Shown piece after piece: positions 10,021 to 19,545 of a stretch of DNA of 64,000 nucleotides. The notes beneath the pieces are model-generated. The model saw only the letters and a program-made list of their open reading frames with translations. It was not told where the DNA came from and searched no databases. The stretch is from NCBI GenBank assembly GCA_948739805.1, contig CAPYID010000007.1:6253-70252 (forward strand), read 5' to 3'. Origin of the DNA: an uncultured Clostridia bacterium (GTDB lineage: Bacteria > Bacillota > Clostridia > TANB77 > CAG-508). Position 1 is the stretch's first letter; each line of letters begins with the position of its first letter. A program made the position numbers and the translations under genes.

Positions 10021-11445
10021 TTATTTTTTTGCTTCTTCTATTAGTAATTTTCTTGTAAAGATAACATTCATTAATGCTATTACAATTATTCCCCAGAATA
10101 AAAGTGTTCCTATTGAAGAAATTGCTGAAAATGAATTGTATGTGAATATAACTGATGGAATTAGAGTTATTATTAATAAATCTATTACTTTTAAGCATGA
10201 TTTATATATTTTTGTTTTTCTATCTTCTTTAGAATCATCTTTGTCTAAGTTTCTTAAAATTTTACAATTTACATATGTGTTTATTAATATAAGTATTATA
10301 CTAGGTATTATAGTTTCTAGTCCTATTTCTGTTTTTGTATATCTTATTATAATTAATAATAATGCTATTGAACCAATATAAACTATTGCTGATAATAAAC
10401 CTAATTTTTTGTGTTTAATTATGATATATACTATACTTATTAATATTATTAATGTCATTACTCCTAAAAGGATATATTGGAATACGTTGTTTGCATATAT
10501 AGATTGTATATAGTCACTTGATTGAACTTCATATTCTAGTGGCATTTCTCCATTAGATAATAATGTTGCATAATATTGTGCTTGTTCTATATTTTCATTT
10601 ATTGTATTACTTTCTGTACTTGCTGATCCCATTGATATATTTAATTCGCTTATTTCTTCATCAAAATGTGTTGATAAGAATTCTTCATCATTAATTTTCA
10701 TTGTGACTGTTTTCTCTGTAGAAGTATCTTCATTTTCTTCTGTTGTCTCTCCTTCTTTGTTTTCTTCTTCAACTTTTGTATAGTCTTTACTAATTTGCTT
10801 AATTTTTTTCTTTCCTTCTTTATTAAATTTAACGTTTAAATATACATTAACTCCAGTCTCTGTTGAACTATATAATACGTTTGCGTTATCTACATCATCA
10901 TTTGTCATTAATACTGTTTTATCATTTGTGTCTATTATTTCAAATTTTCCACTTGCTAATAGATGTGATAAAGTTGTGTCTGTGTTATCTGTATCTTCTA
11001 ATTCTATATATATATTTCCATTTTCTTCATTTAATCTTACATCATATTTTGATATTTTAGAACTTTTTAATCTTCCCCTTATAATTTTTTCTGCTTTTTT
11101 ATAGTTTTCTATTGTTTTGCTTTCTTCACTATTTTCTGGTACTTGCTCTTTTGTATATGAATTTTCATCTGCGCCTTCTGGTATTTTATCTACAACATTA
11201 CCTTCAGAATCACGAATCACCTCATGTGTATGGTCTCCCACTTTTAATGTTGTTATTCTCGAACCTCTTAGATTTGTTCCAAGTTCATAATCTGGTAATA
11301 TATTATTGTAGGATACTAATTTCTTTACATAAACTCCTCCAAATCCTACTATAGTAACTAATACCATTGTTAATATTATTAGTGCAATCTTTAATTTTTT
11401 TTCCACTGTTCTCAATCCTTTCAATCTATAATAATTTTGTATCAT
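10021..11445 (-). CDS. SecD-like protein-export membrane protein (divergent)
   Basis: N-terminal TM, then a P1-head-like region (ELGTNLRGS..., RGRLKSSKISKYDVRLNEENGNIYIELED..., GKFEIID), then a C-terminal TM bundle. The start is uncertain: ATG at 11445 overlaps the upstream gene, and a GTG 13 codons downstream has an AAAGGA RBS. Confidence 0.5.
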   Translation of the reverse strand: MIQNYYRLKGLRTVEKKLKIALIILTMVLVTIVGFGGVYVKKLVSYNNILPDYELGTNLRGSRITTLKVGDHTHEVIRDSEGNVVDKIPEGADENSYTKEQVPENSEESKTIENYKKAEKIIRGRLKSSKISKYDVRLNEENGNIYIELEDTDNTDTTLSHLLASGKFEIIDTNDKTVLMTNDDVDNANVLYSSTETGVNVYLNVKFNKEGKKKIKQISKDYTKVEEENKEGETTEENEDTSTEKTVTMKINDEEFLSTHFDEEISELNISMGSASTESNTINENIEQAQYYATLLSNGEMPLEYEVQSSDYIQSIYANNVFQYILLGVMTLIILISIVYIIIKHKKLGLLSAIVYIGSIALLLIIIRYTKTEIGLETIIPSIILILINTYVNCKILRNLDKDDSKEDRKTKIYKSCLKVIDLLIITLIPSVIFTYNSFSAISSIGTLLFWGIIVIALMNVIFTRKLLIEEAKK

Positions 11446-12085
11446 TAATTATCAGTTCAAACCATATTTTTAAATATTTTGCTGCAAATTTACTCATTAT
11501 CATTCTGTCTATAAATATTTCAAAGTAATCTAATACTGGACATATTTCTGTGTCAATTTTTATTGATAAAACAATTTTCCTCTTTTCCTTGTCTAGAATA
11601 AGTTGTGCATCTGTAACTGCATAATTGACTTTATCATGTTTATCAAATGTTGCTATATTTGTTTTTACAACTCGATTTCTGTGTACATCTGATTTGTCTG
11701 CTAAGATTAATGCAGCAGAAATATCACTTACAGCTGTACCTGTTGCTTCGTCATGATTTCCTATTGCTGTCATTATTTCTGTTCTTAATTGTGGCTCCAT
11801 TCCCATATCTTTTAAAATGTCGTATGCAAGTATTGCTCCTGAATGTGCATGGTCTTGCCTATTTACACAGTTTCCTATGTCATGCAAGTATCCTGCTATT
11901 TTTGCTAGTTCTACTCTTTCTGGTGGATACCCTAAGTCCTGTAAAATTTTTCCTGCTCTTTCTGATACAATTGATGTGTGCCTTATAGAGTGCTCTGTAT
12001 ATCCTAATACATTTAGTTGCTGCTGGGAGCCACTTACTAGAGCTTGTACTTCTGGATTTTTTCTAACATCTTCCAGTGTTATCAT
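11426..12085 (-). CDS. HD domain-containing phosphohydrolase
   Basis: 219 aa with IRHT...GYLHDIGN...HAHSG motifs. Confidence 0.7.
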   Translation of the reverse strand: MITLEDVRKNPEVQALVSGSQQQLNVLGYTEHSIRHTSIVSERAGKILQDLGYPPERVELAKIAGYLHDIGNCVNRQDHAHSGAILAYDILKDMGMEPQLRTEIMTAIGNHDEATGTAVSDISAALILADKSDVHRNRVVKTNIATFDKHDKVNYAVTDAQLILDKEKRKIVLSIKIDTEICPVLDYFEIFIDRMIMSKFAAKYLKIWFELIINDTKLL

Positions 12086-12151
12086 CTTTTAATAACCTTC
12101 CTTTCAGTTCATTTGTATATTAACTATTGAATTTTATAATAAATAAAAAGA

Positions 12152-12176
12152 AATTTCAACCCTTTTGGTTGAAATT
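12152..12176 (-). terminator. rho-independent terminator after the S41 protease gene
   Basis: AATTTCAACC-loop-GGTTGAAATT, a 10-bp perfect stem followed on the minus strand by TCTTTTTATTT. Confidence 0.65.
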
Positions 12177-12221
12177 ATTTATATTTCACATCCATTTTTG
12201 ACTGGAATGGTAAAACCTCTT

Positions 12222-13415
12222 TTATTTTAATAATTCTATTGCTTTCTTTAGTTGTTCATCTTCTTCTGTTTCTTTTTTATTTACAATTTCATAATTTGGT
12301 GTTATTCCTATTTTATTAATTTTGTTTCTATTTGGAGTAAAATATTCTTTTATTGTTATTTTTAATCCACTACCATCATTTAATGTATATAATTCTTGTA
12401 TGACTCCTTTTCCATATGTTTTTTCTCCTACAATATCTGCTTTCTTATAATCTTGTATCGCTCCTGCTAATATCTCTGATGCACTTGCGGTTTCATTGTT
12501 TACTAGAATTATAATAGGTATGTTTATAATGGCATCATTTTTTGATGTTTCTATTTCCTCTGTTTTGTTCTTATCTGCTGTTATTAACATTGTAGAATCT
12601 TTATCTAAAATATAATCTGCTATTTGCAATGCTTCATCTACTATTCCTCCACCATTGTTTCTTAAATCTATGATTAATGATTTTACATTTTTATTTTTTA
12701 ACTCTTCATATGCAGTTTTAAATTGTTCTGCACATCCTTCATCAAAAGTAGCAAGTTCTATATAACCTATATTTTCTTCTAATACTACTCCTTCTACTGG
12801 ATATAGTTCTACACTTGCTCTTTCTAATGTATAGTTAATTGTTTGCCCATTTCTTATTATTTCTAAATCAACTGTTGTTCCTTCTTCTCCTTTTATGTTT
12901 GTAGACATTTTTGTTAATTCACTAGCATTATAAGAAACTCCATTTACTTTTGCTATTATGTCTTTAGCTTGCAAACCTGCCTTTTCTGCTGAACTATTTT
13001 TTATAGTAGATGAAACTCGTATAAAATTGTTTTCTGTATCTGCTTCCATATAGATTCCAATTCCTACATAGTTTCCTGTTGTATATGTTGTAAATGTTTT
13101 CATTTCTTCAGGAGTAAAGTATTCTGTGTATTCATCTCCTACTCCACTAATGTATCCTTTTATTGCAGCTTCTATCATTTCACTTTCGTTCATATCATAT
13201 AAATATCTTTTATTTAGTAATTCTTTGAAAGAGGTTAATGTTGCTCCTAATCCAGTAGTATCGCCCTTTGTTACTGCAATGTATTTGATACCTCCAGCTC
13301 TATATAATAAAATACTTGTTACACAGAATGTTACAACAGCAGTAATAATTATTAGCATTACAGTTTTGTATATTCGTGATAATTTTTCTTTGTTTATTTG
13401 CATTTTTAATCTCAT
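12222..13415 (-). CDS. S41 family C-terminal processing peptidase (CtpA-like)
   Basis: TM segment, PDZ domain and S41 core (LIIDLRNNGGG, ASASEILAGAIQD). The start may instead be the second ATG at 13403. Confidence 0.88.
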   Translation of the reverse strand: MRLKMQINKEKLSRIYKTVMLIIITAVVTFCVTSILLYRAGGIKYIAVTKGDTTGLGATLTSFKELLNKRYLYDMNESEMIEAAIKGYISGVGDEYTEYFTPEEMKTFTTYTTGNYVGIGIYMEADTENNFIRVSSTIKNSSAEKAGLQAKDIIAKVNGVSYNASELTKMSTNIKGEEGTTVDLEIIRNGQTINYTLERASVELYPVEGVVLEENIGYIELATFDEGCAEQFKTAYEELKNKNVKSLIIDLRNNGGGIVDEALQIADYILDKDSTMLITADKNKTEEIETSKNDAIINIPIIILVNNETASASEILAGAIQDYKKADIVGEKTYGKGVIQELYTLNDGSGLKITIKEYFTPNRNKINKIGITPNYEIVNKKETEEDEQLKKAIELLK

Positions 13416-13557
13416 TCCTTTCTAAGGCACAAACCCTGGTTGGAAAAGTTAGCCTTTTACCTCTCCTTACATTCTTAATTGCAAAAGTTAATGAACATTA
13501 TACTTATATATTGAAGATAAATTAGCTCATCAAATTTATAATATTCAGCTTGCAAAA

Positions 13558-13595
13558 ATGCAAAAATAATAAAATAAATTTTATTATTTTTGCAT
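13558..13595 (-). terminator. rho-independent terminator after the M23 peptidase gene
   Basis: 18-bp perfect AT-rich palindrome ATGCAAAAATAATAAAAT/ATTTTATTATTTTTGCAT, followed on the minus strand by TTTTGC. Confidence 0.6.
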
Positions 13596-13637
13596 CTAAT
13601 CTTTGTTGCCACTATATATTATATTCACAATTTATTT

Positions 13638-14819
13638 TTATAGACCTATATATGGTGCAGGATTTACATATGTACCATTTTGTAATACTCCGAAATGTAA
13701 GTGGTATCCTGTTGATGCTCCTGTTGAACCTACTGTGGCAATTGTTGCTCCTCTTGCTACTTTACTTCCTAATCCTACATTAATTGTCGAACAGTGTGCA
13801 TATACTGTAACTAATCCACCACCATGGCTTACCATAACATAATTTCCAAATCCACTACCACAACCACAACTCCTTGATTTTCCATAATTATGCGAACATC
13901 CTGTATAAACTGCTATAACTGTACCAGATTCTGACGCAAGGATTGACGTTCCTTTTTGCGCTGCTAAATCTACTCCCTTATGATATGATGAGCCTCCTGC
14001 TAATGGGCTACCCCTTGAACCAAAGTATGAAGAAACTCTTGAAAATCCTGGACATGGGAATTGTAAACTACCACCAGAATATGAACCTCCTGTATTTGCA
14101 TTTTGTTGTGCTAATCTTCTCCATTCTTCTTCTTGTCTTGCTAACTCAGCAGCTTTTTCTTCTTTTTCTTTTTGTAATGCAGCTTCTTCGGCGCTTAAAT
14201 TTGAAACCTTTTTTTGTTTTTCTGATTTTTTATTTGCAAGTACCACTTTTTGTTTTTCTACTTGTTGTTTTTCACTTTCTACCTTTGTTTTCTTTTGTTC
14301 TAATGTTACTTTATCATTCTCTATTTTTTCTTTTTCTTTTTCTAACTCATCTAATAATTGTTCATCTAATTCTAATATTTCATTTAGGGTAAAATAACTA
14401 GATAAAAGATTTGTTAAACTTGTAGAATTTAATAATACATCTAATATTGTCTTATTTCCATATTTATATTGTACTATCATTCTTTCACATGCAAGATCAT
14501 ATTTTCTATCATATTCTTGCTTCTTTTGTTCTAGTTCTGTCTCTAATTGTGTTATTTCTTTTTGCAATTCCTTTAGTTCTCTTTGTACATTACCTAAATT
14601 AAATTCAACCTCATCAATGTCACCTTCAAGTTCTTGTATCTCCTTCATTTCTTGTGACATTTTATCTTCTATTTCTTTTTTTTGTTTTTCAATTTCGTTA
14701 ATTTCCTCTTTAGTATCTTGTATGTCTTGCTGTGTTACTGCATATGTACTACACATTGTAGAAAAGATTAATATTGCTACTACTAATAATGATAATCCTA
14801 AGTTTATTTTTGTTTTCAC
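13638..14819 (-). CDS. coiled-coil M23 family metallopeptidase (EnvC/PcsB-like partner of FtsEX)
   Basis: Signal peptide, long E/K/Q coiled coil, and a C-terminal LytM domain with intact HKGVD and HLHF motifs. GTG start with an AAAGGA RBS. Confidence 0.88.
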   Translation of the reverse strand: MKTKINLGLSLLVVAILIFSTMCSTYAVTQQDIQDTKEEINEIEKQKKEIEDKMSQEMKEIQELEGDIDEVEFNLGNVQRELKELQKEITQLETELEQKKQEYDRKYDLACERMIVQYKYGNKTILDVLLNSTSLTNLLSSYFTLNEILELDEQLLDELEKEKEKIENDKVTLEQKKTKVESEKQQVEKQKVVLANKKSEKQKKVSNLSAEEAALQKEKEEKAAELARQEEEWRRLAQQNANTGGSYSGGSLQFPCPGFSRVSSYFGSRGSPLAGGSSYHKGVDLAAQKGTSILASESGTVIAVYTGCSHNYGKSRSCGCGSGFGNYVMVSHGGGLVTVYAHCSTINVGLGSKVARGATIATVGSTGASTGYHLHFGVLQNGTYVNPAPYIGL

Positions 14820-14859
14820 TTTTATTCATTCCTTTCGTTTGTATTTCCTATATATAATC

Positions 14860-15777
14860 TCACACTTCTAGGTATTTACGCATCGACATTCCACTTCCTA
14901 ATACACCAATTCCTATTCCTATTGCAAAATACATTATCATAATTAAATTAATCATATCTGCAAATGATACTAAACTTATATTTAGTTTTTGTAAAGTTTC
15001 AACTTGTACTGCTTGTACTGCAATTGCATTATATGCAAATCCAACTATTATAATTGTAATTAAGGCAGCTATTATTCCTATTATCATTCCTTCTACTATA
15101 AATGGCCATCGTATAAAGTTATTTGTTGCACCTACATATTTCATAATTGATATTTCTTTTCTTCTCGCATGAACCGATAATTTTATGGTATTTGATATAA
15201 TGAAAATTGATATTATTATTAGTGCAACGAGAATTACTAATATTCCTATCCTTAACCCTTTTGCTATTGAAGATAATGTTTCAATTGTACTATCTGTTGC
15301 TACAATATCTTCATCTTGTATTACTCTTCTGTCATTTATTCTTATTTCCTTTATTTGTCTTTGAACTTCTTTGTTTAATGATAAATCAGTTAAAGTAACT
15401 GTGTATGATGCTTGAAGTCTGTCTTCTGTAACTCCTTCCATAAATTGCTCATGATTTTTTATGTTCTCTTTCATTTGATTTAGGTTTTCCTCTTTTGATA
15501 CATATTTTGCTGTATTAACACCCTCAATTTTTTTTATTTCTTGTCCTACTTGCTGAATTTCTTCATCTGTTGCATCTTTAATTAAAAATACTTGCATTCC
15601 TTGTTGTTTTTCTATATTTGTTACTATATGATTAATATTTTCTCCTAGTATAAAGAATGCTCCAAACATTAGCATTGTTAAACACATGGTTGTTATTGAA
15701 ATCATTGTAGATTTTTTGTTTTTTAAAACATTTCTAAATCCTTCTCCAATCAAATAACTAATAATATTATATCTCAC
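14860..15777 (-). CDS. ftsX: cell division permease-like protein FtsX
   Basis: 4-TM FtsX topology directly after ftsE. Start set to the GTG at 15777 (VRYNIISY), 9 nt after an AAAGGTGG RBS. Confidence 0.88.
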   Translation of the reverse strand: MRYNIISYLIGEGFRNVLKNKKSTMISITTMCLTMLMFGAFFILGENINHIVTNIEKQQGMQVFLIKDATDEEIQQVGQEIKKIEGVNTAKYVSKEENLNQMKENIKNHEQFMEGVTEDRLQASYTVTLTDLSLNKEVQRQIKEIRINDRRVIQDEDIVATDSTIETLSSIAKGLRIGILVILVALIIISIFIISNTIKLSVHARRKEISIMKYVGATNNFIRWPFIVEGMIIGIIAALITIIIVGFAYNAIAVQAVQVETLQKLNISLVSFADMINLIMIMYFAIGIGIGVLGSGMSMRKYLEV

Positions 15778-16456
15778 TATTATAACCACCTTTTTTATCG
15801 TCTCTTACTATTACACCTTTATCTATTTGAATTACCCTTTTTTTCATTTCATCAACTATATCTTTTGCATGAGTTGCTACTACTACTGTTGTTCCTCTTA
15901 AGTTTATTTCATTTAATAGATTCATTATGTCCCAAGCTGTCTCTGGGTCTAAGTTTCCTGTTGGCTCATCTGCAATAATCATTGATGGATTATTAACTAA
16001 TGCTCTTGCTAGTGCTACTCTTTGCTGTTCTCCTCCTGATAGTTCATTGGGATACATTTTAGCTTTTCCACTAAGCCCTACTAGTGATAATACCATTGGT
16101 ACTTGTCTTCTTATGTGTCTTGGCGTTGCTCTTACTATGTACATTGCATATGCTACATTATCATATACTGTTTTATCTGGTAATAATCTAAAGTCTTGAA
16201 ACACTACTCCCATACTTCTTCTTAAATATGGAACTCTACTTTTTTTTAAGAATGTAGTGTCTTTTCCATTTATTATTATATTTCCTGATGTTGGTTCTTC
16301 TTCTTTTAATATCATTTTTATTAATGTTGATTTTCCTGAACCTGATGCTCCTACTAAAAATGCAAATTCTCCTTTTTCTATTTTAAAGTTTGCATTTTCA
16401 ACAGCTGGTGTATTTGTTGTTCCATATACCTTTTTTACATTTCTAAATTCTATCAT
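15767..16456 (-). CDS. ftsE: cell division ATP-binding protein FtsE
   Basis: Walker A GASGSGKST, signature LSGGEQQR, Walker B IIADEPTGNLD. Confidence 0.94.
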   Translation of the reverse strand: MIEFRNVKKVYGTTNTPAVENANFKIEKGEFAFLVGASGSGKSTLIKMILKEEEPTSGNIIINGKDTTFLKKSRVPYLRRSMGVVFQDFRLLPDKTVYDNVAYAMYIVRATPRHIRRQVPMVLSLVGLSGKAKMYPNELSGGEQQRVALARALVNNPSMIIADEPTGNLDPETAWDIMNLLNEINLRGTTVVVATHAKDIVDEMKKRVIQIDKGVIVRDDKKGGYNSEI

Positions 16457-16728
16457 TTTTGCACTCTTCCTTAAATAGATTTTTAATAATTGAATTTATA
16501 ATATCTAAAATATTAAGATATTATTAATATATAACTATAACATTTCTATTTTTAATTTTAGAATTTTTTAGCTATACAGATATATACATTTATATCATAA
16601 CAATAAACAAAATTTATTTCAAGACTTTTTTCTTAATATTTTTTATTAATTTTTGGTTATTTTTCCTTTTTCTTACGCATTCCTTGTTTTTATGCCGATT
16701 TTTGTTACTTTGTAAATTTTTTGTGTCC

Positions 16729-17565
16729 TTATTTTATTCTTTGTTTTACAATTTCATACATTACAATTCCTGCTGATACTGATGCATTTAATGAGTTTAT
16801 TTTTCCTTTCATTGGAATCTTTACTAATCCATCACAGTTCTTTTTTACTAAATCACTCATTCCAAAGCCTTCGCTTCCTATTATTATAGCTACTCCGTCT
16901 CTAAAATCTTGTTTGTAATACATGTTTTTAGCTTGTCCATCAGTTCCATAAATCCATACACCATTTTCCTTTAAGTATTTTATTGTATCATTTATATTAC
17001 TAACTCTCGCTATTTTTACATATTCTACAGCTCCTGTTGAGGTTTTTGCTACTGTTGCATTTACTGCTACTGACCTTCTTTTAGGTATTATTATACCATG
17101 TACCCCTGCTGTTTCTGCTGTTCTAATGATTGACCCCATATTATGTGGATCTTCTATTCCATCTAAAATTAGTATAAATGGTTTTTCTTCTTTTTCTTTT
17201 GCATATTCTAATATATCATATATATCACAGTATTCAAATGGTGGAACTATTGCTATTACTCCTTGATGATTTTTTGTTTCTGATATTTCATCTAGTTTGG
17301 ATTTTTGAACTTCTACCATTACTATTCTTTTTTCTTTCGCTTTTGCTATTATTTTATTTATTGAACCATTCTTTTCTCCAGATTGTATAAATATTTTGTT
17401 TATATCCTTTCCAGATTCTAATAATTCTAAAACAGGGTTACGACCTTCTATTATGTCATCATATATTTTTTCTGGTTTGTTATTATCTACTCTTGCATCA
17501 TTGTTTTTTCTTATATTTTCTTTTGAAAAACCTTTTTTGCTATATTGGGATTTTCTATTTTTCAT
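16729..17565 (-). CDS. rlmB: 23S rRNA (guanosine-2'-O)-methyltransferase, SpoU/TrmH family (RlmB-like)
   Basis: Lys-rich N-terminus, substrate-binding domain and SpoU methylase core (GIEDPHNMGSIIRTA, IIIGSEG.G, SLNASVSAGI). Confidence 0.8.
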   Translation of the reverse strand: MKNRKSQYSKKGFSKENIRKNNDARVDNNKPEKIYDDIIEGRNPVLELLESGKDINKIFIQSGEKNGSINKIIAKAKEKRIVMVEVQKSKLDEISETKNHQGVIAIVPPFEYCDIYDILEYAKEKEEKPFILILDGIEDPHNMGSIIRTAETAGVHGIIIPKRRSVAVNATVAKTSTGAVEYVKIARVSNINDTIKYLKENGVWIYGTDGQAKNMYYKQDFRDGVAIIIGSEGFGMSDLVKKNCDGLVKIPMKGKINSLNASVSAGIVMYEIVKQRIK

Positions 17566-17597
17566 AGTTATTGTTGTCCTTTCATATTATTTTTTTA

Positions 17598-17660
17598 GTG
17601 GGCATTGTGCACCAAGTAAAATTTGCTCCGCAAATTTTACTTGACTCATTCGCCCCTACA
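17598..17660 (-). repeat. composite REP-like unit in the lepA-rlmB spacer
   Basis: On the + strand: GTGGGCATTGTGCACC[CAAGTAAAATTTGC-TCC-GCAAATTTTACTTG]ACTCATTCGCCCCTACA. A 14-bp perfect hairpin is nested inside a unit that ends in the family tail GCCCCTACA. Confidence 0.55.
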
Positions 17661-19469
17661 TCATTCCTCATCATCTAGCTTTAAAACCGATAGAAACGCT
17701 TCTTGTGGTACTTCGACGTTTCCTATTTGACGCATTTTCTTTTTTCCTCGTTTTTGCTTTTCAAGTAGTTTCTTTTTTCTTGTTATATCTCCTCCATAAC
17801 ATTTTGCTAATACATCTTTTCTCATTGCTGATATTGTTTCTCTTGCTATTATTTTTCCTCCTACTACTGCTTGAAGTGGTATTATAAATAATTGTCTAGG
17901 TATTACTGTTTTTAGTTTTTCTACCATCTTTCTTCCTCTATTATAAGCACTGCCTTTAAATACTATAAATGATAAAGCATCAACTGGTTCATTGTTTACA
18001 TGTATGTCTAGTCTTACAAGTTCTGAACGTTTATATTCTTTGAATTCATAGTCAAAAGATGCATATCCCTTTGTTTTAGATTTTAGGTTATCAAAAAAGT
18101 CATATATTATTTCATTTAATGGCATATCATATATTAAAGTAACTCTGTTTTCATCTAAGTATTTCATATCTATATAATTTCCTCGTCTGTCTTGACATAT
18201 TTGCATTAGATTTCCTACATATTCTTTAGGTGTATATATTTCTGCTTTTACTATTGGTTCTTCAATATAAGAGATTTCTTGCCCTGATGGTAAATCTGTA
18301 GGATTATATAAATCTAATATTGTACCATCTGTTTTGTGTACCTTATATATAACTGATGGTGCAGTAGTTATTAGCCCTAAGTCAAATTCTCTATCTAATC
18401 TTTCTTGTATTATTTCTAAGTGTAATAATCCTAAAAATCCACATCGGAATCCAAATCCTAATGCTGCTGAGGTTTCTGGTTCATATTGAAGGGCAGCATC
18501 GTTTAGCTTTAATTTTTCAAGTGCTACTTTTAAATTCTCATATTGGCTTCCATCCATTGGATATATTCCACAATATACCATAGGATTTACTTTTTTATAT
18601 CCTGGTAATGCCTCTGTTGCGGGATTTGAATTAACTGTAATTGTGTCTCCAACATGTATATCTTCTAGATTTTTTATGCTTGCTGCAATATATCCAACTT
18701 CTCCTGCTTTTATTTCATTTGATTCTATATATGTTCCTGGTTCAAAATAACCTACCTCTGCTACTGTAAATACCTTGTTTGCTTTCATAAGTCTTATTTC
18801 GTCTCCTGGTTTTATTGTCCCTTCAAATACTCTTACATAAGCAATTGCTCCTTTGTAATTATCATAATATGAATCAAATATTAAACATTTGGCTGGTGAA
18901 TTTTCATCTCCTCTTGGTGCTGGAATGTCTTTTACAATTCTTTCTAATACCTCTTCAACATTTAATCCTGTTTTTGCTGAAATACATGGTGCTGTTTCTG
19001 CTTCAATTCCTATTATATCTTCTATTTCTTTTTTTATTTCGTCTGGTCTTGCATTTGGTAAATCTACTTTATTTATTACAGGTATTATTTCAAGATTATT
19101 ATCTATTGCTAGATAAACATTCGCTAAAGTTTGTGCTTCAACTCCTTGAGAAGCATCCACTACAAGTATTGCTCCATCACATGCTGCTAAACTCCTAGAT
19201 ACCTCATAATTGAAGTCAACATGTCCTGGTGTGTCTATTAAATTAAAAATATATTCTTCTCCATTTTTAGCTTTATATATCATTCTTACTGCTTGAGATT
19301 TTATAGTAATTCCACGCTCTTTTTCTAATTCCATATTATCTAATACTTGGCTTTCCATTTCACGTTTAGATAATACTCCTGTCATTTCTATTATTCTATC
19401 TGATAATGTAGACTTTCCATGATCTATATGTGCAATTATACTAAAATTTCTAATATGATTTCTATCCAT
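17661..19469 (-). CDS. lepA: translation elongation factor 4
   Basis: 602 aa with [25 protein letters not shown], and a LepA C-terminal domain. Confidence 0.97.
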   Translation of the reverse strand: MDRNHIRNFSIIAHIDHGKSTLSDRIIEMTGVLSKREMESQVLDNMELEKERGITIKSQAVRMIYKAKNGEEYIFNLIDTPGHVDFNYEVSRSLAACDGAILVVDASQGVEAQTLANVYLAIDNNLEIIPVINKVDLPNARPDEIKKEIEDIIGIEAETAPCISAKTGLNVEEVLERIVKDIPAPRGDENSPAKCLIFDSYYDNYKGAIAYVRVFEGTIKPGDEIRLMKANKVFTVAEVGYFEPGTYIESNEIKAGEVGYIAASIKNLEDIHVGDTITVNSNPATEALPGYKKVNPMVYCGIYPMDGSQYENLKVALEKLKLNDAALQYEPETSAALGFGFRCGFLGLLHLEIIQERLDREFDLGLITTAPSVIYKVHKTDGTILDLYNPTDLPSGQEISYIEEPIVKAEIYTPKEYVGNLMQICQDRRGNYIDMKYLDENRVTLIYDMPLNEIIYDFFDNLKSKTKGYASFDYEFKEYKRSELVRLDIHVNNEPVDALSFIVFKGSAYNRGRKMVEKLKTVIPRQLFIIPLQAVVGGKIIARETISAMRKDVLAKCYGGDITRKKKLLEKQKRGKKKMRQIGNVEVPQEAFLSVLKLDDEE

Positions 19470-19545
19470 TGTTTTCCCTTCTCATTTTATTTTTTTATAT
19501 TTTAGCATATAAGTTTTTTATTTTCAATGCTTTATATATCATCTC

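Noticed and set aside
10016-10198. 60-aa ORF at the 3' end of the SecD-like gene, and other 60-90 aa ORFs nested in larger genes (2211..2417, 38522..38728).
   Set aside because: They lie out of frame within longer supported ORFs and have no RBS.
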